A stretch of DNA of 64,000 nucleotides from an uncultured Gemmatimonadales bacterium. Lineage in GTDB: Bacteria; Gemmatimonadota; Gemmatimonadetes; Gemmatimonadales; GWC2-71-9. The position numbers were made by a program, and so were the translations under genes. Shown here piece by piece: positions 31,278 through 41,131 of the stretch. The stretch spans positions 608,001-672,000 of the forward strand of contig CAVYSW010000010.1 in assembly GCA_963771275.1 (NCBI GenBank). The letters are read 5' to 3'. Position 1 is the first letter of the stretch. Each line of letters begins with the position of its first letter. Under the pieces are notes generated by a model. It was given only the letters and a program-made list of their open reading frames with translations, did no database searches and was not told the origin of the DNA.

Positions 31278-31937
31278 TCATGCGCCGCGATCCCGGAACA
31301 GGTCCTCGAGGTCGAGGCCGCGCCGCATGGATGGCGCCCCCAACTCGTCCGGCGCCACGGAGCCCGCGGAGATGATGAACTTCACGGCGTCCTCGATCGA
31401 GATCGCCGTCTCGCGAATCTGATCGCGGGGGACCACCAGCATGAAGCCGGTCGTCGGGTTGGGGGTCGTCGGCACGAAGACATTGACGCACGGCCGGCCC
31501 AGTACCCGGGTCATCGCGGCGGAGTCGTCGTTGGTGATGAAGCCGACCGACCAGAGGTGGTCGCTCGGAAAGGGAACGAGCACCACCCGCTTGAACACGC
31601 GACTCTGGTCGCTGAGGATGCCCTGCACGATCTGGCTGGCCGCGTTGTACAAGCGGCCGGCCACGGGAAAGCGGACGAGCGTCTGATTCCAGGTCTGCAG
31701 CAGGCGGCGTCCCACCGCCCGGTGGACCACCCACCCCACCCCGAGCACGACCAGCCCGAGCAGCACGAAGCCGAGCCCCGGGATGCGCACCTTGAGCGCC
31801 GCCTGCAGCGGCTCCCCGAGAATCGCGTCGACCGTCTCGAAGATCCACCGCAGCACCACGACGGTGAACCCCACCGGGGCGATCACCACGAGGCCGACGA
31901 GGAAGTAGCGGCGCAGCCGCAGCATGGCCGGCGCCAT
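31278..31937 (-). CDS. DUF502 family membrane protein
   Basis: FLVGLVVIAP, FKRVVLVPFP, VFVPTTPNPTTGF. Confidence 0.92.
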   Translation of the reverse strand: MAPAMLRLRRYFLVGLVVIAPVGFTVVVLRWIFETVDAILGEPLQAALKVRIPGLGFVLLGLVVLGVGWVVHRAVGRRLLQTWNQTLVRFPVAGRLYNAASQIVQGILSDQSRVFKRVVLVPFPSDHLWSVGFITNDDSAAMTRVLGRPCVNVFVPTTPNPTTGFMLVVPRDQIRETAISIEDAVKFIISAGSVAPDELGAPSMRRGLDLEDLFRDRGA

Positions 31938-31939
31938 CG

Positions 31940-33106
31940 TCAGAGTCCCGCCACCGTCACGCGGGCGGTGCCGGCGCGCCGGACGACGAGGCGCTCAACC
32001 CGGGTCGCGGAGGCACGCAGCACGTCGAACTCGAGGCCGCCGAGGAGGATGCGCTCACCGGGCTGCGGTATCCGTCCCACGGCCGTGGTCAGCAGGCCAC
32101 CGACGCTCTGGGCGGCGCCGGGGAACGTGATCCCGAACCGCTCGGCGAGCTCTTCCGTCGGGATCGTCCCGTCGATCTCGATCAGCGCCCCGGTCGGCGA
32201 CGTCGACGGGGCTTCACCCAGATCGGTCTCATCGAAGATCTCACCCACCAGCTCCTCCAACAGGTCTTCCAGGGTGACGATCCCCGCCGTGCCCCCGAAC
32301 TCGTCGAGCACCACCGCCATCTGCCGGCGCTCCCGCTGCATCTCGAACAGCAGGTCGGCGCAGCGCCGTGACGCGGGGGTGACGAGCACCGGGCGGGTGG
32401 GGAGCGGCTCTTCCGGCTTCACCTTGAGCGAATCGAACACGTACGCCATCCCCGCGATCTGATCGAGCGACTCGCGGTACACCGGGAGGCGGGAGTAGCC
32501 CGATTCGGCGAACAGGGCGCCCGCCTCCCGGGCCGTGGCGCCGTCGGGGAGGGCGACGATCTGGGTGCGGGGCGTCATCGCCTCGCGCACCGGCCGCTCG
32601 GTGAAGGCGATCACCCCCGCGATCACGGCGATCTCCTCCTCACGCTCCGCCCCCGCCCCGGCGGCGCGCGCCGGACCGGACCGCGGCTCACCAGCCGGGG
32701 CCAGCGGTCGGACCAGGCGGGCAACCCGACTGAGCGACGGCGCCGCTGCGCGCATCATCGGCTCCGCCCAGCGGCGCCCGGCGGCGCGCGGCAGGAGGTG
32801 CACTGCCACGACCAGCGCGGGAACGGCGCCGAGCAATACGGCCACCGCCGCTGGCAGTGGCAGCGGCGCCAGCACGGCCGCGAGCCCCAGCCCGGTCAGC
32901 ACCACCCCGGCCGCGCTCAGCGCATTGGCCGGTCCCAGCACTCTCCCCGGCGTGGAGAGCAGCGTCGCCGCGAGCTCCGCGCCGTGCTGACGCTGCGAGA
33001 TCCAGCGGGACAGCTCCAGGCGACTCACCGCCGCCGCCCCGACCCCGAGGGCGGTGCCCACGGCGGCGATGGCCACGCCCAGCATGAGCACGAGCGTGCC
33101 GGTCAC
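31940..33106 (-). CDS. CNNM/hemolysin-family protein (TM + CBS pair + CorC_HlyC)
   Basis: MTPRTQI, SGYSRLPVY, VLDEFGGTAGIVTLEDLLEELVGEI. Confidence 0.88.
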   Translation of the reverse strand: MTGTLVLMLGVAIAAVGTALGVGAAAVSRLELSRWISQRQHGAELAATLLSTPGRVLGPANALSAAGVVLTGLGLAAVLAPLPLPAAVAVLLGAVPALVVAVHLLPRAAGRRWAEPMMRAAAPSLSRVARLVRPLAPAGEPRSGPARAAGAGAEREEEIAVIAGVIAFTERPVREAMTPRTQIVALPDGATAREAGALFAESGYSRLPVYRESLDQIAGMAYVFDSLKVKPEEPLPTRPVLVTPASRRCADLLFEMQRERRQMAVVLDEFGGTAGIVTLEDLLEELVGEIFDETDLGEAPSTSPTGALIEIDGTIPTEELAERFGITFPGAAQSVGGLLTTAVGRIPQPGERILLGGLEFDVLRASATRVERLVVRRAGTARVTVAGL

Positions 33107-34332
33107 GTGTCACCCTCGCCCGCATCCGGACGACCGAGGCCGAACTCCACCACCGGCTGGGGCTCGATGCGCTCGAGGTAGACCCGCCGGATGCGCCGCC
33201 GCGCCACCTGCTCCACCACGACTCGGAATCCGTGCGCCTTGAGCTCCTCCCCGGCGCGCGGGACCCGGCCAAGCTCCGAGTAGATCAGGCCGCCCACGGT
33301 GCTCACTTCGTCGTGCTGGAGCGGCGCACCGACCGCGGCGGACAGATCGTCGAGCGTGACCCGGCCGTCGACCCAGAATCGGTCGTTGCCTTCGCGCTCG
33401 ATCGCGGGTTCCTCGTCAGTGTCGTACTCGTCCCGGATCTCGCCGACGATCTCCTCGAGCACGTCCTCGAGGGTGACCAGGCCGGACGTGCCGCCGAATT
33501 CGTCCACCACGACAGCCAAGTGCGCCGCGCCGCGCTGGAAGTCGCGCAGCTGGGCGGCGAGGGTCTTCGCCTCCGGCACGAACGGCACCGGGCGCACCAG
33601 CTCGTGCCACGATGCGGGGGGTGCCGAGTGACCGGCCAACACCGGGGCAATGTCCTTGGCGTAGAGGATGCCCGCGATGTCGTCCAGGCTGTGGCGATAC
33701 ACCGGGATGCGGGAGTGCTCGCTCTGGCGCACCACGTCCACGACTTCCTGCCACGACGCCTCGGCCTCGGCGCCCACGATGTCGAGCCGCGGGGTCATGA
33801 TGTCCTCGACCGTGCTGTCCTCGAGCGAGAACACGCCCACCAGCATCTCGCGCTGCGCCGCGCCCAGCACACTGCTCCGGGGACGGGTTGACGGCACGAG
33901 GCGATGACCGAGGCGGTCTGCCACCGCCATGATGCCGAACAGCGGCTTGAACGGCGTGAGGCTGGCGCGGGCCGGGGGAACGAACAGGGCGGCCAGGTGG
34001 GGAGCCAGCGCCCCGAAGCCCCGCGGCAGCCCCTCCCCGATCGTCAGGGCGAGCCCACCGACGATCAGGAGTGTCGTGGCGCCGTCGAGCGGCGCGCGCT
34101 GCCACCATGCCGCCGCTGTGCCGACCGCCGTGGTGGCCACCAGCAGCAGCGTGACCCGCGCGATGCGGAGGGCACGCGCCAGCGGCAGCGGACTGCCTGC
34201 CGGCGCCGGAGGGTCGCCCAGGGCCGAGACGCCGCCGAGGGCCTCCTCGGCAAGCGCGAGCAGGGCCGCCCAGAGCGCGCCGACCAGCCCGGCGGCCGCG
34301 GCGGTCGCGGCTTCGAGTCCGGGTCCGGTCAC
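33103..34332 (-). CDS. CNNM/hemolysin-family protein (TM + CBS pair + CorC_HlyC)
   Basis: MTPRLDI, HSRIPVY, VVDEFGGTSGLVTLEDVLEEIVGEIRDEYD; GTGA overlap with ybeY. Confidence 0.9.
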   Translation of the reverse strand: MTGPGLEAATAAAAGLVGALWAALLALAEEALGGVSALGDPPAPAGSPLPLARALRIARVTLLLVATTAVGTAAAWWQRAPLDGATTLLIVGGLALTIGEGLPRGFGALAPHLAALFVPPARASLTPFKPLFGIMAVADRLGHRLVPSTRPRSSVLGAAQREMLVGVFSLEDSTVEDIMTPRLDIVGAEAEASWQEVVDVVRQSEHSRIPVYRHSLDDIAGILYAKDIAPVLAGHSAPPASWHELVRPVPFVPEAKTLAAQLRDFQRGAAHLAVVVDEFGGTSGLVTLEDVLEEIVGEIRDEYDTDEEPAIEREGNDRFWVDGRVTLDDLSAAVGAPLQHDEVSTVGGLIYSELGRVPRAGEELKAHGFRVVVEQVARRRIRRVYLERIEPQPVVEFGLGRPDAGEGDT

Positions 34333-34784
34333 CGCTTGCTCCGGGTCAGGCGTTGCACGTAGCGCTCCTGCCGTCGCCACATCACCGAGGCCGCGCGGCC
34401 GGGGCCCGACGGGTGATCCTGGCCGAGCGCGTGCAGCGTGCCATGGACCACCAGCCGCAGCAACTCCTCGCGCGCCGGCACCCCGAACCGGGCGGCCGAC
34501 CCCGCGGCCACGGAGGGACAGATGCAGATGTCGCCCACCAGCATGCCGCCGTGCCGCATCGCGAAGGTGATCACATCGGTCGCGCGGTCGCGGCCCAGGC
34601 TGCGCCGGTTGAGGGCGCGCATCTGCTGCCCCGTCAGAAACGTCACCGTGAGGGCGGCGGAGCCGGATCGCTCGCCGGCGAGCACGAGCGCCACCGCCCG
34701 GCGCGCAGCTGCCGCGGTGATGCGGCCGACGCGGTCGGCAGCCGCCACGCGCACCTCATGCTTCGGGGGACGTCCACTCGGCAT
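34329..34784 (-). CDS. ybeY: rRNA maturation endoribonuclease YbeY (start uncertain)
   Basis: ATDVITF, GDICIC, VHGTLHALGQDH (HxxxHxxGxDH). Confidence 0.92.
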   Translation of the reverse strand: MPSGRPPKHEVRVAAADRVGRITAAAARRAVALVLAGERSGSAALTVTFLTGQQMRALNRRSLGRDRATDVITFAMRHGGMLVGDICICPSVAAGSAARFGVPAREELLRLVVHGTLHALGQDHPSGPGRAASVMWRRQERYVQRLTRSKR

Positions 34785-36951
34785 TGATGCCGCCCATGGA
34801 GCTCGGGTAGTCGATGCGATTGTGATACATGCCCGTCAGCACGTGCACGAACTCCTGCTTCACCCGGTCGAGCTGGGCAAGCGTGAGCGGCGCGTCGTCG
34901 AGCTGCCCCGCCTCGATGCGCTGCTGCACGAGATGGTCGATGGCATCCCGCACCTTCTCCGGGGTCGGCTCGTCGAGCACCCGGAGCGCCGCCTCGACGC
35001 CGTCCGCCAGCATGGCGACGGCCGTCTCGACGGAGCGCGGGCGCGGGCCCGGGTACCGGAACATCTCGCCGGCGGTCCCGTTCAGGCCCTGCGCGCGGGC
35101 GCGTTCCAGAAAGTAGGTGATCTCCGCGGTTCCGTGATGCTCCGGGATGAACGCCTTCACCACCTCCGGCAGCCGCGCCCCGTCCGCCAGGGCCGCGCCG
35201 TCCTTCACGTGGCTCCGGATGATCTGCGCGGAGACGTCCGGCCGCAGCTTGTCGTGCGGGTTGGACCCGGGCGTCTGGTTTTCCGCGAAGAATTGGGGTT
35301 TCTGGACCTTGCCGACGTCGTGGTAATAGCAGCCGACGCGCGCCAGCAGCCCGTCGGCCCCGATGGCGTTGCACGCCGCCTCGCAGAGGTTCGCCATCGC
35401 GATACTGTGGGCGTACGTTCCCGGTGCTTCGATCGCGAGCCGACGCAGGAGCGGGCGCGTCGGATCGGACAGCTCGAGCAGCGTGAGGTCCGTGGTGATC
35501 CGCCCGATCCACTCGAACAACGGCAGCGCGATGCCCACCAGGGCCGCCGACACGACGGCGTTCACCACTCCGCGCACCGCCGTGAGCCCCATCTCGCGGA
35601 CCGGCCAGCCGAGCTGCAGACCCACCGTGATCGCGGACACCGCGAACGCGGCGGAGATGATCACCATCGTGGAGATGAGGTGTGCGCGCCGCCGGACGAC
35701 CCGGATGCCGATGGCCGCCGCGATGCCCCCAATCAGCGCGAGATAGAGTGCGCCGGCCCCCCCATAGACCGGCTGCGACGCGACAAGCACCGCCAGGACC
35801 GCCGCCCCGACCATCGCCACGCGACCGCTGAACAACACGGTCATCAGCATGGCCGCGAATGGGATCGGAATCAGCTCCGGCTCCTGGCCCAGGAACCGGA
35901 AGTTGAGCGCCGCGCCCACGATGACTACGGCAAACAGGGTCGCGAACACGAGCACGTGCCGCAGATTGCCGTACGACTCGCGGCGGTACAAGAGCAGCAG
36001 CAGCCAGAAGATGGCGAGGAGCATCGCGTTGTTGAGAATCTGACCGGCCGTGGAGGCCACGCTCCGCTCGGTGCCGCCGCGCCGGACGATCTCGGCCCGC
36101 AGGGCCGTGAGCCGGTCGTGCGCCTCGGGGGTGACCAGCGCGTGCTCCCCCACGATCAATTCGTTCTGGCGGACACGGTCCTTGATCGGATCGACGCTCC
36201 CGCGCAGCTCCGTGCGCTGTTCCTCGGTCTCCGCGGTGTTGGGGACGAGGGTGGGGCGGAAGGTGGCGTTCAGCAGCTTGACGAAGATCGGATCTGCGCC
36301 GGCCACGCGGGGGCTCGGATCGTAGTCCCGCCGGCGCTCGAGGAACTGCTGGTAGCCGAGGACCGCGTCGCGCGGGGTCACGTGCTCGGTGCCTTCGCGC
36401 CGCAGCACGATTTCGCTGGCGGTCTCTCCCTGCATCTGCCCGGTGGCCGTGACGCCCCGCGACAGCTCGCGGCGCAGCATCTGGTCCACCGCGCGGCGGT
36501 AGGCGGCGCGCCGTCCATCGCCCGCCAGGAAGTCGGCCTCGTCGAACGCCAGCCGCACCCCGTGCGCTTGCGCCGAGTCGGCCAGGGCGGCGGCGCCGGA
36601 GGCGGAGTCGAGTGCACCGAACAGAATTGCCGCCGCGGTCAGCGCCGAATCCAGCGCCTGGCGCCGGTAGTCGTAGATCGGCCGGACCGTGGCCGCCAGG
36701 GCGTCGGCTTCCCGCGCCAGCTGCGCGGGCCCCTTCGGCACCACGAAGTCGAACGGGGCCACGACGTCGCGCGGAGAGACTTCGCCCGACTCGAGAGGCG
36801 GCGCGTCGAACCGCCCGGCCACGGGGTACAGCAGGAACGTCAGCAGGGCGAGACCCAGCACGGGCAGCCAGCGCACGGCGTGGTAGCGGAACTGCCGCGG
36901 CAGCTCCTGCGGCGCGTCGAGGGGCACGACCACGCTGCGACGCTCGCTCAT
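34756..36951 (-). CDS. 7TM receptor with intracellular HD hydrolase (PgpH-like)
   Basis: Large extracytoplasmic domain, 7TM block, APGTYAHS, YYHDVGK, FFAENQ, EHHGT, YPGPRP, MLADGVEAA. Confidence 0.92.
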   Translation of the reverse strand: MSERRSVVVPLDAPQELPRQFRYHAVRWLPVLGLALLTFLLYPVAGRFDAPPLESGEVSPRDVVAPFDFVVPKGPAQLAREADALAATVRPIYDYRRQALDSALTAAAILFGALDSASGAAALADSAQAHGVRLAFDEADFLAGDGRRAAYRRAVDQMLRRELSRGVTATGQMQGETASEIVLRREGTEHVTPRDAVLGYQQFLERRRDYDPSPRVAGADPIFVKLLNATFRPTLVPNTAETEEQRTELRGSVDPIKDRVRQNELIVGEHALVTPEAHDRLTALRAEIVRRGGTERSVASTAGQILNNAMLLAIFWLLLLLYRRESYGNLRHVLVFATLFAVVIVGAALNFRFLGQEPELIPIPFAAMLMTVLFSGRVAMVGAAVLAVLVASQPVYGGAGALYLALIGGIAAAIGIRVVRRRAHLISTMVIISAAFAVSAITVGLQLGWPVREMGLTAVRGVVNAVVSAALVGIALPLFEWIGRITTDLTLLELSDPTRPLLRRLAIEAPGTYAHSIAMANLCEAACNAIGADGLLARVGCYYHDVGKVQKPQFFAENQTPGSNPHDKLRPDVSAQIIRSHVKDGAALADGARLPEVVKAFIPEHHGTAEITYFLERARAQGLNGTAGEMFRYPGPRPRSVETAVAMLADGVEAALRVLDEPTPEKVRDAIDHLVQQRIEAGQLDDAPLTLAQLDRVKQEFVHVLTGMYHNRIDYPSSMGGINAEWTSPEA

Positions 36952-37892
36952 CCCGACTGATCCTCCGAGTAGGCGCGAATGATGTCCCGTACCAGGCGGT
37001 GACGCACGACGTCCTGCTCGGTCAGGTAGCAGAACGCGACACCGTCGATGCCGGGCAGGATACGCTCGACCTGGACGAGGCCCGATTCGTCACGCGTGGG
37101 GAGGTCGATCTGGGTCTTGTCCCCGATCACCACGGCTCGCGAGTTCAGCCCGAGCCGCGTCAGGAACATCTTCATCTGGCCGCCGGTGACGTTCTGCGCC
37201 TCGTCGAGAATCACGAACGCGTCGGACAGCGTCCGCCCCCGCATGTAGGCGAGCGGGGCGATCTCGATCGTGCGCGTCTCGAGCGCTTTCTGCATGCGGT
37301 CGGGCGGCATCAGCTCCTCCAGCGCGTCGTACAACGGGCGGAGGTAGGGATCCACCTTGGCCTGCAGGTCGCCGGGCAGGAACCCGAGCCGCTCCCCCGC
37401 CTCGACGGCGGGCCGCGCCAGCACGAGGCGGCGGACCAGTTTGCGGCTGAGAAACTCCACGCCGAGCGCCACCGCCAGATACGTCTTCCCGGTCCCGGCC
37501 GGCCCGATCCCGATCACGATATCGTACTCGCGGATCGCCGTGACGTACTCCCGCTGCCCTGGGGTGCGCGGCTGCACCGCGCGCCGGATGCCGGGAAGCA
37601 CGATGCGGAGCTCGCCGTTGGCCCGCTCCACGGCCGCGGGGCCGTCCCCGGCGAGCCGCCGTACCTCATCCACCGTGACGTCCCCGGCCCGGGCGAGGTC
37701 CACCAGCGCGGTCACGAGCCGCGTGGCCCGCTCCACTCCGTCGAGGTCCCCCGCCAGCACCACCTGGTCCCCGCGCAGGGCGATACGGGTCCCGGTCGCG
37801 CGCGCCAGCTCCACGAGGTGGGCGTCGTTGACGCCGGCGAGGGCGAGTGGATCGGCCCCTTCGGCCGATACCCGGTGGGTAACCTCGCTCAT
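36948..37892 (-). CDS. phoH: PhoH family ATPase
   Basis: GPAGTGKTYLA, RPAVEAGERLGFLPGD, APLAYMRGRTL, LDEAQN. Confidence 0.95.
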   Translation of the reverse strand: MSEVTHRVSAEGADPLALAGVNDAHLVELARATGTRIALRGDQVVLAGDLDGVERATRLVTALVDLARAGDVTVDEVRRLAGDGPAAVERANGELRIVLPGIRRAVQPRTPGQREYVTAIREYDIVIGIGPAGTGKTYLAVALGVEFLSRKLVRRLVLARPAVEAGERLGFLPGDLQAKVDPYLRPLYDALEELMPPDRMQKALETRTIEIAPLAYMRGRTLSDAFVILDEAQNVTGGQMKMFLTRLGLNSRAVVIGDKTQIDLPTRDESGLVQVERILPGIDGVAFCYLTEQDVVRHRLVRDIIRAYSEDQSG

Positions 37893-39664
37893 GCGCCGAT
37901 CTTGAGATGCAGGGCCGCCAGCTCCGCCGGGCTCACGGCCGTGGGAGCGTCCTCGAACAGCGCCCGCGCCGCCGTCGTCTTCGGAAAGGCGATCACGTCG
38001 CGCAGGCTCTCCGCGCCCGCCAGCAGCATCGCAACGCGGTCGAAGCCGATCGCAAATCCCCCGTGCGGCGGGGCGCCACAGGCGAGCGCATCCAGCAGGA
38101 AGCCGAACCGGTGGCGAGCCTCGTCGGGGCCGATGCCGAGCACCTCCAGCACTTTGAGCTGCACCGCCGGATCGGTGATGCGGATCGAGCCGCTGCCCAG
38201 CTCGTTCCCGTTGTAGACGACGTCGTAGTGCAGCGCCCGGACGCCGTCGGTGGCGCCGGCGAGGAAGCGCTCCCGGTCGTCGGGGTGGGGCGAGGTGAAT
38301 GGATGGTGGGCGAATACCAGGGCCCCGATGGCGCGATCGCGCTCGAACAACGGGAAGCCCTCGACCCAGAGGAAGGCATGCTGGCGCGCGGGCGCGGGTG
38401 CCAGTCGGCGGATCAGCCCCTGGCGCACCCGATCGAGCGCCGGCCCGGTTGCCGCGTCGGGGCCGGCCGCGACGAGCAGCAGATCGCCGTCCTGAAGCCG
38501 ATACGACTCGGCTGAGGCCCCGGCGAGCTTCGCCAACGGTCCGGACAGCTGATCTCCCTGGCGCTTCACGGTCGCGAGCCCCCCCGCGCCACCCTGCTTC
38601 GCCTGCGCCGCGAGCTCGTCGACATCCTTGCGGGACAGCATGGCGCCGCCCGGCACCCGAATCCCGCGAACCCGCCCGCCGCCGTCCAGGGCACCCTCGA
38701 ACGCGGCGAATCCGCGGCGGCCCAGCATCGTCGAGAGGTCGGCGATCTCGAAGCCGTACCGCAGATCCGGCTTGTCGGTTCCGAAGCGCTCGAGGGCGTC
38801 CCGGTGTGACAGCCGCAGGAACGGGCGCCCAACGGGCTGGTCGGCCTCCGTCCACAGCGCCGCAAGCACGGCCTCCACGGCAGCGTAGACGTCCTCGGGG
38901 CCGGCAAACGACAGCTCGAGGTCGATCTGCGTGAACTCCGGCTGCCGATCCGCCCGGAGATCCTCGTCCCGGAAGCACCGGGCGATCTGGAAGTACCGGT
39001 CGAAGCCGGACACCATCAGCAGCTGCTTGTAGAGCTGTGGCGACTGCGGCAGCGCGTAGAACTGGCCGGGGTGCACGCTCGACGGCACCAGGTAGTCGCG
39101 CGCGCCTTCCGGAGTCGGCTTCGTCAGGATCGGCGTTTCGATCTCGAGGAACCCGAGATCGGAGAGCGTCCGGCGTGCGGTCTGCAGCAGCTGGTGGCGC
39201 AGCCGCAGATTGCGCTGCATCTCCGGACGTCGCAGATCGAGGAACCGGTGCTGGAGGCGCAGCTCCTCGGCCGGGGGCGCTTCGCCCTTGGTGCGCCATA
39301 CCGGGATCGGCAGGGAGGCCGGAGCTGGTCCCACCACCTGAAGGCGATCGGCGCGCACCTCGACGTCTCCGGTGGGTCGATCGGGATTGCGCTGGTCGTC
39401 GGGCCGTGCGGCGACGACGCCCTCCACCAGCACCACCGACTCCGCGGTGAGCTGGCTCAGGCGGGCCAGCACCTCGGGCGGCGTCCAGTCCGGGCCGAGT
39501 GCCACCTGCAACAGCCCGTCCCGGTCCCGCAGGTCGAGAAAGACGAGCCCGCCGAGGTCACGCCGCCGATGGACCCACCCGCCCAGGCGGACGCGCTGCC
39601 CGACGTGCTCATGGCGCAGCTCGCCGCAACGATGAGTACGCATGGTGGTCTCGGTCATGGACAT
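37889..39664 (-). CDS. aspS: Aspartate-tRNA ligase
   Basis: RTHRCGEL, TPEGARDYLVP, YALPQSPQLYKQ, CFRDEDLRADRQPEF, PPHGGFAIGFDR. Confidence 0.97.
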   Translation of the reverse strand: MSMTETTMRTHRCGELRHEHVGQRVRLGGWVHRRRDLGGLVFLDLRDRDGLLQVALGPDWTPPEVLARLSQLTAESVVLVEGVVAARPDDQRNPDRPTGDVEVRADRLQVVGPAPASLPIPVWRTKGEAPPAEELRLQHRFLDLRRPEMQRNLRLRHQLLQTARRTLSDLGFLEIETPILTKPTPEGARDYLVPSSVHPGQFYALPQSPQLYKQLLMVSGFDRYFQIARCFRDEDLRADRQPEFTQIDLELSFAGPEDVYAAVEAVLAALWTEADQPVGRPFLRLSHRDALERFGTDKPDLRYGFEIADLSTMLGRRGFAAFEGALDGGGRVRGIRVPGGAMLSRKDVDELAAQAKQGGAGGLATVKRQGDQLSGPLAKLAGASAESYRLQDGDLLLVAAGPDAATGPALDRVRQGLIRRLAPAPARQHAFLWVEGFPLFERDRAIGALVFAHHPFTSPHPDDRERFLAGATDGVRALHYDVVYNGNELGSGSIRITDPAVQLKVLEVLGIGPDEARHRFGFLLDALACGAPPHGGFAIGFDRVAMLLAGAESLRDVIAFPKTTAARALFEDAPTAVSPAELAALHLKIGA

Positions 39665-39671
39665 GCCGCTC

Positions 39672-40127
39672 TCACCGGCCCTCCGCCTCCCGCAGATGTC
39701 GATGGAATTCCTCCCGGGTGCGACTCTGCAGCAGACGATCCCGCAGCTGCGGCTGGCGCACCAGTCGGGTGATGCGGCTCAGGGCGCGCACGTGCAGCCC
39801 AGCTTCGCTCTCGGGTCCGACGAGCAGGAAGAACAGCCGCACCGGCTCGCCGTCGAGCGCCCCATAGCTCACCGGTTCCGCCGTGAGCCCGGCCGAGGCG
39901 CACAGCGCGCGGAGCCTGGCCGACCTCCCATGGGGAATCGCGACGCCGTAACCGATGCCCGTGGAAAGCACGGCCTCCCGCTCCCGCACGACCTCGAGCA
40001 ACTCCTCCACGTCGGGACCGGGCCCGCCCGCCGCGACCTCCACCAACTCCCGAAGCACCGCCGGTTTGTCGGCGGCGAGGATGGGGACCCGGATGTGCTG
40101 GGGGGTCAACAGCTGCGAGAGCAACAC
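39672..40127 (-). CDS. PTS IIA component (fructose/mannitol/Ntr type)
   Basis: REAVLSTGIGYGVAIPHGR (phospho-His), ALDGEPVRLFFLL; GTG at 40127. Confidence 0.92.
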   Translation of the reverse strand: MLLSQLLTPQHIRVPILAADKPAVLRELVEVAAGGPGPDVEELLEVVREREAVLSTGIGYGVAIPHGRSARLRALCASAGLTAEPVSYGALDGEPVRLFFLLVGPESEAGLHVRALSRITRLVRQPQLRDRLLQSRTREEFHRHLREAEGR

Positions 40128-40159
40128 GGCGGGCGCCGTCCAAGTCCATGCATCGCTGC

Positions 40160-40188
40160 AACATAATGGCCGTTCAGGGGGGCAGCAA
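40160..40188 (-). promoter_or_regulatory. Candidate promoter of the PTS IIA-aspS-phoH operon
   Basis: TTGCTG (40188-40183), 17 bp spacer, TATGTT (40165-40160). Confidence 0.6.
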
Positions 40189-40231
40189 GCGCCGCCTTGA
40201 CACCCCGCCCCGCTATCCCCAACCTTCGGCC

Positions 40232-41131
40232 GTGAAACGGCTTGGGTGGGCCATCCTGGGTGCACAGCTCGCCGCCGGGCCGCTCGCCGCGCAGGCCCCG
40301 GATTTGGCGCTCCTCTGGCGGGTCAACGGCGGCGTCCTGACGACCCCGGCTCCGTTGCAGCCGGGGCCGATCGGCCTGTTCTGGAACCCGGCCGCCGTAC
40401 ACAGCGTGCCGGGCCTCGCGCTCGGGCTTGAGGTAATCCACACGCCCGACGTAGTCAGCATGAGCTCACTGCTGGCCGGCGTGACGTATCAGGTGGGAAG
40501 CCACCTGGGCGTTGGCATGTCTGCCGGCCGGGTTTCCGTCAGCGACTTGGTGCGCACGTCCACGTCCCCCGGCAGCGAAGAGGGAAACATCCCCGTATAC
40601 GCTCAGTTCGTCGGGGTCGCGGCAGGGACCGCCGTGGGACCGGTGGCGGTCGGTGCCGAGCTGCGCCTGCATGACGTCCGGCTGGATACCGACAACGCCC
40701 ACGGGCTCACGGCGGATGTCGGGTTGCATCTCCGCCCGCTCGCGGGCCTCACGCTCGCCGCCGCATCGCAGTTCGCTACGCTGGACTTGGCGGGCGGGGC
40801 CACCGCCGCCTACTCGGCGGCGGCCGAGTATCGCGTGGGGGCGGGCCGCGCCCTTGGCGGCAGGGCGGCGGTGCTCGGCCGCTACGGGATCGAGCTGCGG
40901 GGCAACGGTGATGTCGAGCATTTCCTGAGCGCCGGCCTCGCACTGGGCGACCGTCTGCGCGTCGACGTGGCGATGCAGCGGGCGGACGGCTACGGGACCG
41001 GTGCGTGGCTCCCCGCGGTGGGTGTGGAGTTCAGAGCCGGCCGATACCTCGTGGGCGTGGCGCGAGGCAGCGGCGTCAACGGGATCGGTGCCACGTACCG
41101 GATCGGCCTCAACGCGGGCGTGCTTCCCTGA
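40232..41131 (+). CDS. Exported hypothetical protein, possibly an outer-membrane beta-barrel
   Basis: Signal peptide ending LAA-QA; LFWNPAA motif; alternating hydrophobic strands; TTGACA at 40197-40202 upstream. Confidence 0.65.
   Translation: MKRLGWAILGAQLAAGPLAAQAPDLALLWRVNGGVLTTPAPLQPGPIGLFWNPAAVHSVPGLALGLEVIHTPDVVSMSSLLAGVTYQVGSHLGVGMSAGRVSVSDLVRTSTSPGSEEGNIPVYAQFVGVAAGTAVGPVAVGAELRLHDVRLDTDNAHGLTADVGLHLRPLAGLTLAAASQFATLDLAGGATAAYSAAAEYRVGAGRALGGRAAVLGRYGIELRGNGDVEHFLSAGLALGDRLRVDVAMQRADGYGTGAWLPAVGVEFRAGRYLVGVARGSGVNGIGATYRIGLNAGVLP

Noticed and set aside
34438..36960. 840-aa plus-strand ORF and other long antisense ORFs (15513-17357, 5829-7682, 49516-51273, 54737-56398, 60639-62402)
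   Set aside because: Antisense shadows of well-supported genes, expected in high-GC DNA; no recognisable motifs
36948..39299. Long fused ORFs from the track (783-aa PhoH, 1032-aa S8, 618-aa ALDH, 696-aa lipoprotein)
   Set aside because: The N-terminal extensions overlap upstream genes in another frame; real starts are at downstream coupled or SD-led codons
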